Part shown: positions 22,501-32,081 of the stretch, one piece after another
How the letters are laid out: every line of letters starts with the position of its first letter
Numbering within the stretch: position 1 is the first letter of the stretch
NCBI GenBank assembly: GCA_905178155.1
Contig: CAJINV010000003.1
Location: forward strand, 4,747,863 to 4,811,862
DNA from: Amoebophrya sp. A120
Lineage: Eukaryota; Protista; Dinoflagellata
Direction: 5' to 3'
Length of the DNA stretch: 64,000 nucleotides
The notes under the pieces: generated by a model
Told to the model about the DNA's origin: nothing
What the model saw: the letters and a program-made list of their open reading frames with translations, nothing else
Databases searched by the model: none
Program-made: the position numbers and the translations under genes

Positions 22501-24171
22501 TATTTCCGCACCAACCGCTTCGTGTCGAACTCGGCCACGGCAATGAAGAAGTGCGGCGGGTTTCAGACTGTTTACGGGCGACGAGCCGCGGAGGGATTTT
22601 TTCAGAATCCAGATGGCGAGGTTGTGACTCTCAACCTTGCCGACATGCCGGCGACCCAGCAATTCATAATCGCCTGCAACGATCTTGGCATGGACGGCAA
22701 GCTCGAGGTGAAGCAGACCGCGCAGACCGTGGTGATGCACTATGGAACGGAACCAACTTCCCAGCGGATGGAAGACGTGGAACATACGGACCGCGAGTTT
22801 GACGGCGTCGACTTGACCTTCGGTGTGCGTTGGGGCGCGCAGCAAAGTGAGGTCGACCGGGACATTGGAGAATTTGCGATTGCGATGGACTTCGTCAGCC
22901 CGCTGCATTACTACATTGGGATCGAGAACCTTGTGGCGAGAGTCGACAACGACAACCCGGCCCGTACGAGTTTCTACGACTGCGAAAAGGGGGAAACCGC
23001 GAAAGGCGTGCTCTACCGTGACACCATCGGCGGGCGGGGGTACACCAACCGCTTCGAGGCGCTTCAGATGGCGGTGACCAGATTGGTAGAGTTGAGTCGT
23101 TGCAGTCCCCCGGAGTACGTGAATTTCTTGACGCAGAGCTTGGGCCGACTGGACAAAGAACTGGACGGGCTGAAGCGGAAGAAGAAAACTGAGTTGGTCG
23201 CTCGCAAAAACAGCCTGCTGGCGGAGAGGAAGGTCCTCACCAAGCGGATCGAGTTTTTTGTCGACGCGCTGCCCGAGTCGCCGTACATCGACCCGAAAAT
23301 GGAGCGGATGAGCACAAAGGTCTTCTCCACCTTAAACTCCGACGTGAAAACGTTCTCCTCCGTGGAAGCAGGATTTGAATTCTTGAACAAACCGTGGAAG
23401 CAGGATTTGAACAAGCAGTTTGATCACGGCGGACCCTTGGACACGGGCGCGAAGAACAGTACTACTGCGGGGAAGGATGGGAGTGTCAGCGGTGGAAAAG
23501 TCTCGAGTTCAGCCGGTGCGGGGTCTACCGAGGTGAAGAAGGTTACGTTCGGCGGGCAAAAGACGGAAACGGTGGAGACGCTGCTTCCGCCCTTGGAGGA
23601 AGAACTGGAATCGGCCGCCAAGAAACCTACAAACAACGCCGTTTCGAACTTCATGCGGGCGGACTTTGGTGGATTGCGTGGCGCGGGATCTGGATCCTCC
23701 GGTTCTGGAAACGCTGACGATTCGGCCTCGGACTCGTTTTACGACTCGAGTGACTCCTCCGATTCGAGTGATGATGATGATGATGGTTGTAGCTCCGGCT
23801 CGGACTCGAACGACCCGCTTGAGGACTCCTCTTCCTCGAGTGACGAGTCCGGTTCGGGTAGCGATGATGATGGTTTCACTTCGGATTCCGCGGTCGTCCC
23901 GATGCAGAAGCAGAACAGCAAGAAGCCGTCCGTCTTCGCCTCTGTGAAGGATGCGATCACCAAGCCGGAGCGCGACATCTTGGATGAGGACGATATCACG
24001 TCGAACGCCAACGGGAAAAAGGACGATGGCAAGGACAAGCCGACGGCTGGCGCGAACGGAAAATTCCCCCCCATGAAGAAAGGCGCGGGCGCTGGAACGC
24101 AACAGGCGGCCGCCCAGGGGACCACCCTGCCGACCATCAATAAGCGATCTACCGGGGTGAAAGGCGGGTAA
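16600..24171 (+). CDS. Large multi-exon hypothetical protein (~1600 aa) with basic N-terminus, Gly/Ser and Lys/Asp low-complexity tracts and candidate 2OG-Fe(II) oxygenase motifs in the last exon
   Basis: In-frame GT-AG chain: introns ~16799-16966, 17314-17528, ~18006-18197, 18689-19059, 19352-19614, 19837-20455, ~21123-22027. These link ORFs 16600, 17065, 17490, 18156, 18854, 19795, 20480 and 21973. The last junction is least certain, so this could be two genes. Confidence 0.55.
18931..18975 (+). repeat. Palindrome family copy 4 (core TGTAAC-GCCC-GTTACA, 18949-18964), intronic
   Basis: 41/45 identical to 4425-4469; lies inside predicted intron 18689-19059. Confidence 0.9.
19551..19577 (+). 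repeat. Palindrome family copy 5, degenerate (CTCGCGTAGC-GACC-GTTACGCGGGCGG), intronic
   Basis: Same spacing and flanks as the other copies; inside intron 19352-19614. Confidence 0.6.
20084..20109 (+). repeat. Palindrome family copy 6 (core AGTAAC-CGCG-GTTACA, 20088-20103), intronic
   Basis: TCGAGTAAC-N4-GTTACACGA as at 15733; inside intron 19837-20455. Confidence 0.85.
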
Positions 24172-25258
24172 GTTATGAGTATTGGTCTTTTCTCTCTTCG
24201 TAGCGACAGATGTATGATTGCTGATTTCGTGGCGTGGATGGAGGTCGTGCTCCTGGTCTTGGAAGGTTTTTTCTAGAGCCAGAGCTAGAAGATTGGGGGC
24301 GCAAGATGCGAGGTGAAAGTGATGCCCCCACGGGCGACTGCCTTTGTATTCTACAGTCCCTTTGGCTAGCAGTGCCTCCACAAAGTTAAGGCTTCCGGCT
24401 CGTGTGCCAATCCTGCCGCGCGCCCACTTGCAGCCCCCCCCCCGCTCGGGGTGGATGCGCCGCTGCAAGAAAGCTAGTCGCATGCAACACCCGCGGCCGC
24501 GCAGTGCGAGCGCGCGGGAAGATGATGGGGGGCCGGTTTGGCGCGCTCGACCTTAAGATTAGTGCCGTCGGACGCTAGTGCCTTGGGGCAGACTTCTGGC
24601 ACCCCGCCTTGCGCGCGGTTCTTTGGCGCCCGGCCCCCACACATCTTCCTCGTAGGTTTTTCTTGCCGTGCTGGCGCCGATTTTCGATATGCTTTGCTTT
24701 CGAGCCCATTTCCGTGGCTTGGTTCTCGATTTCCTTGTAGATTATAGCTGCATTCTCCTCCGGCCACATCAGGCCCAAGCCCCTTCACCCTTTGTGCCGG
24801 TTGCCGGCCTCTTGCCTCGGCGAGCGACCCTAGATGGGGGCCGGCGTGGCTTTCTGCAGCCAGCGGCCGGCGTAAGAGTTGTCTTCCTTTAGAACTTGAG
24901 CTAGACTTTGGGGGGGGGGGTGGAACAATGAAAACAAACCGGAATACGCCACGAAAATGAGAAAGAAAAGAAAGACGCGTGAGATTCTGACTCTTTCTAA
25001 TCGTAGAGCCACACTGTGGTCGTGCCAGTTTTATTGAACAGCTGCACAGCCGTCGCGGTTCACAAATCAAAAGCGAGCGTCTTGCTCTCATCGTCGTCTT
25101 CTTTCTCAAGCGCTTTGCTTGAATGCGGACGCGCCTTGCGTCCGTAGCAGCCTGCCGTCCTCGGTGAGGGTGACTATGATTCTCCAGATGTGAAAATCCA
25201 AGCAACGCGCAAAAACCAAAACTCAAAACACAGCGACGGCCCGGCCCGGACGACGAAG

Positions 25259-25708
25259 ATGGTGAAGGTCGTTGGCTCAGTGGATAAGGCAGCCAGTCCG
25301 AAGGCGTCGGCGTTGGCACCGGAGACCGCCAAGCCGGTTGGAAAAGCGGCTGCAAAGCCCCCGCCCATGAAGAAATCCTCCGAAGCGGTGGCGCCGAAAC
25401 CCTCGGCGGAAAAGCCGGCTGCAGAAGAAGTGGCGAAGCCCGCGATGAAGTCGGCCGGATTCGCGGCATCGAAGAAGAGCTCTGCTGTTGCGGCCGTGTC
25501 CGCGAAAAAGTCTGGAGTTGCCAAGTCGGCCCCGGGTGCGAAGCCGGCGGCGAAGGACGGCGGCAAGGCTTCGGCGGTTGCCCCTGCGGTGCCCAAGTCC
25601 AATCCCCGGTCTAACGTGGTGCAGAAAAATGGTGGCGACAAGAAGAACACGGGGAAGGCGAGCAAGGCGGCGACCCCAAAGTTCGGGGGGGTAATCAAGA
25701 AGAAGTAG
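25259..25708 (+). CDS. Small Lys/Ala/Pro-rich basic protein, histone H1-tail-like
   Basis: ORF from ATG 25259 dominated by K/A/P/S (AAKP, PMKK, AMKS, SAKKS); A/C-rich leader and upstream AG at 25186-25187. Confidence 0.65.
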   Translation: MVKVVGSVDKAASPKASALAPETAKPVGKAAAKPPPMKKSSEAVAPKPSAEKPAAEEVAKPAMKSAGFAASKKSSAVAAVSAKKSGVAKSAPGAKPAAKDGGKASAVAPAVPKSNPRSNVVQKNGGDKKNTGKASKAATPKFGGVIKKK

Positions 25709-28454
25709 GAAGCAGTGAATTATACTTAGAGCGAGAAGCATGTGGATCGCCACTTCTTTTTCGTTCCAATTGTAAACTTCGACTTCAGTCTGAGTTTGGT
25801 TCTGCAAGTAGATCGCCATCTATCACGTCGATTCGCGATCTTTTTATTTGTTGTGCCTCCCTCGTCATCAGTTTTAGCCTGAATCTGGAAAACCCCGACA
25901 GCCTTCAGACCGCCCGATGAAAATAGACGCCAGCAGCCTTATCGTTAATATAATTTTCATTGCTTTATCAATCTCATGACGCTTTCAGCTTTTCGAGCAC
26001 GAGCTAGCTCCGTTCCTGTTGTGGTAGAGAGGGCCAGCAGAGGCGCGATGCTCTGTCGCTACGACAGTGCGAGAAGTTAACTCTTGCGGATGAATCCACT
26101 ACGACTACATAGCAGTACCTGCACGCTCGTTGTTACTTCGGAAGTTCGGCACTTCTAGTTTTCATGCTAGGTCTGCCCCTCTTTCGATTCGTTTCTATAT
26201 CTAAATCGATTTTACATTTGTTTTTACCTATGGATGCGCACTTACCCGCAGGCTACCCAGGCTTACGCACTGAGTTCTCGCGTGTCTTAGTCGTATCCGG
26301 AAGTGGCGGACTTTCTATCTGCGAAAAGTACGCGCGCCGAAGCTACTCCTCCTCCGAAGCAGTATGTGACGCCCGCGTCGCTCCTGTTGCGCGAGTATAT
26401 AGCAGAGGCAGCGCGCTAGATTATATCAGCGCCCAGCATGTGCTTGTCGGCTGTTCTGGCCGACTTCGCTCCTAGCTTCTTGCTGTGCGTAGATTTCTAC
26501 TTTTTTAGTGTAGTAGCAGGACAGGGGTGGCAGTGCTCTGCCCTTCTAATTGATTCCGTGCTGGCGCGACCTGTGGTCGGCACTATTCATTGTAGATGTG
26601 GCACTAGTCTCACGGGCTCAGGCCTAGCTTCGAGCTCATCCACCTAGAGAAACACCTCTTCCCGCTCTCAATCAGCAAAGTCCTAGGCGATATAGTCTGT
26701 TCGCGATGTTCGTTAGGGCCCGCCACGCAAGCTCTCGCGGGCGACCTTGTGGAGTTCGACGCAGTTGCAGACCTACTTCTGTTGAAGCACACATTTAGCG
26801 CAACAGCAGGAAAACAGAAACGGCGCGAAATCATAGTGCAGCCTGGATTTGGTAGAGAAGCCCACTCGCTTGCGCTTCGGCAAGTTTTTCTAGACTTTTG
26901 AAGTTCACGACCGAAGTAGAAGCGAGCTGCGTTTTTCAGCTCGCAGCTTCTACATCTCGTCTCCAATTTCTCCGACTGCGAGCGAAGTATATTTATAAAA
27001 GAAGAGGGGCGCGCTCCACCATAATTATATTTCTCTTGGGGAGCGTTCTTCTTCTCCCTTATGCCTGTGTTTCAGTGAGTTGCTGCGTCTCATATTACCC
27101 GCAGGCGATATCTGCTGAAAGTATGAATTTTAGATGCACAAGTTTATGGATGTGCTCCTTGTTCTTCGATCGACCAGTAACTAAAGTGCGTCCGCTTCAG
27201 CAGTAAGTAGTGAAATAAATAAGAAAGAGGCAGGTTGCCAGACAGTCGGAGCCACCTCGGCGCAATCGCTATACTTACAAAGAAAGACTACCGGTAACAA
27301 AAAATTATCAGCTCAAGAAGTTAGTGGAATGTAGTTGAGCTCGTGCTCTCTATGCTAATGGTCATAGTTTTAATTATGTTCTTCCCAAAAAACAGAAAGC
27401 AGTCCGATTCTATCTGATTTGCGGCGTTTATTTACATCGACCACGCACAAGCACAAGTAGCCTCGCGTGGTACTATTCTGGTCCCTCAGCGTTTGCTGCA
27501 AAAGCAGGCGTGGAAGCCACAGTAGTGCCATAGAAGGATGCCAAATGTTAGAACTATCAAAAGCGCAAACGTCCTCCGCGCTAACACTTTATTTTACTCA
27601 GTCCGCCCTGGATCTTCTACCACTAATTCTTCGAGTTATGACTGGGCCAGTCAGTCGAATGTCAGACCTCCAACTTCGATTTTGAACGGCAAGCAATCGG
27701 TGTATTTAGTTTTAGTTGCAAATGACGCGCCGAGGTTTGGTAGCGTGCGCGCCTCCTTCGGTAGCAGTGCCCGCGACCTCCGCCTCGTGCGCCGTCGCCC
27801 CTGCAGCTTCTCGCCTGCATTATCGAGAAGTCAGTGGCGCCGCCACCAAGAGTCTCGTAGTAGCGGCGGCGACTTCTCCCAAGCTAGATGCAGAGGAACC
27901 AAGTCGCTATCACTCGGCGGCCCTAGTGTTAAGTACACTATGTCCAACCGCCGTAGTGTCCATAGGCATCAGCGGGACAACCCTGGGTAGGGGCCAAGCA
28001 GCTACAGACGGCCTCTATTATTGCAGGCGAGCTCATCGGCATCTGTGGCCCAAGGGTAAAGGCGACAGTAAAAAGACTACTCTATTGCTCACATACTTCT
28101 TTACGACAGCCGAAAACTAGTCCTACGCGTCGGCTACTCTTGCAGGCTGTTGCTTGCTGAAGGTGTCCGTCACGGCGCAGCTAGCTCGGCACTATCGCGA
28201 AGAAGCGTCACTCTGTAGTTAACGCGGCGGCTCCGTCGAGTGAAAAAGAGCACACTGATTCGCACAGATTTAATTGATTTCTCAGCTCCCGTTTTGTTGT
28301 GACTGCGACGGTATGTTCTTCTGAAACTGAGTCTATAAATAGGCTGCTACCCCTTCTTGTTCTTTTGTAAAAAAAAAAACGACAAGCAACTGCCTCGGCG
28401 CGGATTATGCAGCCACTAGCACTTGGCCGGCGTTCTTTTATTATTGGAGTGGCC

Positions 28455-28481
28455 GTCCGCCCGTGTAACGCTCGTTACAGG
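28455..28481 (-). repeat. Palindrome family copy 7 (core TGTAAC-GCTC-GTTACA, 28464-28479)
   Basis: Reverse complement CCTGTAACGAGCGTTACACGGGCGGAC matches copies 1 and 4. Confidence 0.9.
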
Positions 28482-30741
28482 ATGGCACTGCGTTCGTATC
28501 GTGGCTTCTGAACAACATCGGGCACCAGAGTGATGGCCCCCTTATCGTAGTTGGGCTGCCGTGCGGGAATGTCATCGCATCGGTCCAAGTGTCTGCGGGC
28601 ACAGAAGCTGTATAACCGTCGGCATCGGAAGACTGCTTGCGCGCCGTGGGCGCGGGCAAGCGATCGCATTGCATTAGGGTGTATATCTCTGAAAAATATG
28701 GCTGGCACGTTTTCGCCTTTTGCGCTGGCATATTTGTCGTCGGTTCAGGCCGGGTGTGAGCCTGGTGCGTGATATCGCTGCAGTAGCCATGCTAGTCACC
28801 TGGGACTGCAGACTTTGCTAGCTCGTCATCTCTACAAATGCAAGCGATCGACTTATATATAAATATTACGGCTAAGGCAGAAGCTCGGTAGCAGCGCGTG
28901 TTTTTTGGTTGCCTCCAGTAAAATGCCACAGGATCCGCCCCTGATCACTAACCAAGCAAAAAAGGCATCAGAGCCGCGTCGTCTGCGAAAAGCAAAAGAA
29001 TTGAAAAGACACCAAAATGGGCTAGCTCTGACCTTTTTACTTCGCGCAAGGCAAGTTCAAATCGTTTTCTTTATTAGCCCACACAATGGCGTGGCCTGCG
29101 CTACGCCTATCGGAATGGATCAGGTTCGCCTTTCTTTTTGTATGTGAACGCTTAGAGCAGTGAACTTTGTAGCAGCTACCACCACAAGCGATCCGACGCC
29201 GGTGTTGACTACTTGATACGATCTAGCCTCGTAATTCCGTGACTCCCCGATCATTAATAAATTGGACCGATGTGCTTTGCACGACGTAACAAGCCGACTC
29301 TGCAGCCATCCGCCCCCTGTTGTGCGATGGGCGTGCCCCTTTCTTGCATTTGAATGGATCGGATCTAGATCTGAGCTGCAACTGCACCAATTCACAAAGA
29401 GGCGCGCTTTTTGATAAGCGTGAATTTCGACTAATTGAGATTTTTTTTATAACTAAGGGCCCGCAGCACTAGACGCTAGGGCCAGGCCTAGCCTCCGCCA
29501 GGTATCCCGTCGGCTATGGATGCCTGCGATCCAGCCGAAGGCAGCGCCCGAAACTGCTTCTAAGATACAGACTCGGACTTGTTTGCGACCTGCTGCTCGG
29601 AAGCTGAGGGCGGCCGCCGATATACTATTCATTGGACCGGCCAAAGCTAAGTAAAGCCGGGCCGCTCAGCGTCAAAGACCAAGTCCGAAGTTGTTGCGCC
29701 GACATTCAATGAGCCGGGACAAGCTCGGCCCCGCATTCAGGGTATCCCCGCACCCACCGGTTGGGTGTTTCCTCGTCCTCGCCCGTGGATTGGCAGCTTG
29801 AGGGTGTTTTCTATCGCCCTGATTTCCATCGGCTGCTTCGCCGGTGTTCGTGCTTGTAATAGTACTGCGCGAGCTGCCCTCCCCTATATTAAGAGCACAG
29901 CTACTACAACACGCACACGCGTGGGCATTTGGGTCTATTTTCTCTGCATTTTCTAGCCGTTGGCTAGCTCCCGCTGGCTACAGCCAGCGCTAAGGGTCGA
30001 CGGCTCTTGGATTTTGCCACATCAGCGCGCGTAGTATCTTATTTGGCATTGCGACTACATCTACGCACATCCTTGCATTTTGCATGTAGATTTAGATTTA
30101 ATCCTTACAGGCGAAGCACGCACATAAAGAAGTCAGGGGGTTGGATTACACTCGCCGCGCGGCCCCGGTGGCAGTGTGAGCGCTCGCGTTCGCTGCCGCG
30201 CATTCGCGAACAGCTGGTCGTTGCCGCTCACCAACGTCGACGACTGGTCGCATAGATGTCAAGACAAGAAATCGCTTTGGTTCAAGAAGGGTCGACTTGT
30301 CGGCCGTATTGTATTTTTACGCGGCGCCGGTCTTTCTGTTTCTATGTTAGGCATGACAAACGCCCTGGGCTTTATCTTTACATGAGTCACGAACCCGGAA
30401 GCACTACGCAGCTCGAAGCTCTGAATTTTAGGCATGGCGGGGGGATGCGCATCCTCGCTCAAACAACGCATAGAGAAACGCAATAGACAATGTTAAGACC
30501 GCCGACAGCTTATAGAGTTCTGTCCCATGATAGTGCGGGGAGTCAGAGCCTGTGTATGTATTTCGTGCAACACATTCCAAAGTCGATCCTTTGAACCAAA
30601 GCGACCCCATACCGGATGGCGATCCACGATACGTGCTGGACATTTGTCGTTCTGCCATAAATTGAATTCTTTGGGCAAGTTCCTGGCAAGTTTTTTACAA
30701 GTTCTTCACTCCGTACATTTAGACCCATGCTTTCGGAGTAA

Positions 30742-31918
30742 CAATATGGATATGATATATCTTGATCCAATCGGAATCGAAAAATTTATGAGTCTCATGG
30801 GATGAATTGGAATGAAAAATCTGAATGAAAATTTTTAATTTCCGAGTGGATCTCAGAATTTCAAGAGTTTCTTTCATTCTTTTTTCTTTTTTCAAGTGAT
30901 CTCTTCCTTGGATTTCCATTGGAATTTTATTTTTTTTCAAAAAAGAAAATTAATTTTGAGAGTCGAAAAAGAAATATTGCAATGTCAGAAATCGAATGAT
31001 ACAATCGAATTCATGAAATAATTTTCAAATGAGGTATTCTCTTCTGATATATATTCTTGATTTCAGATTTCGGAATATATATAGGATCTGATTATTTATC
31101 AGAGAAACATATATGCCTATTTTTTAAAATTTTTCCATGATGAGATTCGGGATATTCCATGTAGAATATTCCGAAAAAATCGATAACAGACACAGATTTT
31201 ATGAAGTTTTTCAGAAAAATTTTCAATAAATAAAAAGAGAAAAACAAAAATCAATTTTCATGGATGATTTCCGAAAAACAATTTTTTTTCTCCCGATATA
31301 TTTCCAGAAATCGAGATTGTCTGTCTTCATTCTCATCATCTTGTCGTTCTCTCAAAGATAGATTGATGAAGAAATAATAAAGTAGTATTGAAAAATATAA
31401 AGATGTACTTTTTTCATTGTCATAATTCAATTGAGAAATAGAAAAATAGTCTCCGAAAAATAAAGATTGTCAGGTTCTGGTTCGAGAATCAAAAATTATT
31501 TTTTTTCGATATCCAATTCTAAATTCGATATCCAATTTCCAGAAATCTCGAGATTCATTATATCATTTGAAATTCTTCTCAAGATTCCGACTCCGATATC
31601 AATCCAGAAAGATCATGAATCCCAGATTCTATCCAGAAAGATTTTTTGTAATTGATGGATCCAAAAATTCTCGATCATAGGAAAATATAGATTGAATTTG
31701 AAAAATCATGATGAAGAATCATCCATTCTATCTATGAATATGAATCAATACACAATATTTATTCCACCTCTCCCTGATCTCATCGAGGAAAGAAGAAATC
31801 ATTGATTCAGAATGAAGATCATCATAATCGAAATTGGCATCAACATCCTTTTTTCAACAAATAAATCGAATATTCCGGTGTTTTTGATTTTCCTAATATT
31901 CCAAGATTGTCAATATGG
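30742..31918. other. AT-rich island at the junction of the + and - gene blocks, bounded by direct repeat CAATATGG
   Basis: Abrupt composition shift; CAATATGG at 30742-30749 and 31911-31918; no convincing protein. Confidence 0.6.
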
Positions 31919-32081
31919 GATCAATAGTTATCTTATCACCCGAGAAATGTTGATCGTCCGCGCATCTTTCATGTATAAACTTTTTGTCTGAGTGACAATT
32001 TCGTTCTGTATCTGCTCAATTGGAGTCGATTTGGTTTCTTTTTCGTCTATTTTCATTATGTCAATTTACTTATTTATGGGC

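Larger units (their letters stand above)
1..30710 (+). mobile_element. Putative giant cargo-carrying DNA transposon (hAT-like DDE); left end probably outside window, right end approximate
   Basis: Contains a DDE-transposase-like ORF; all credible genes are on +, opposite to the host block; no housekeeping genes; private palindrome family (7 copies); ends at an abrupt AT-rich island. No terminal inverted repeat or TSD identified. Confidence 0.45.

Noticed and set aside
25259-25708. DVNP (dinoflagellate/viral nucleoprotein) call
   Set aside because: Lacks the conserved DVNP core; only the composition is similar.
4443-28479. Palindrome family as a CRISPR array or integron attC cassettes
   Set aside because: Spacing is irregular (0.5-9 kb), orientation is mixed, several copies are intronic, and no cas or tyrosine-recombinase motif was found.
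30750-31910. Bacterial gene using TGA as a sense codon (code 25 or 4)
   Set aside because: Read-through frames exist on both strands but give no recognisable protein; kept only as a test in the findings.
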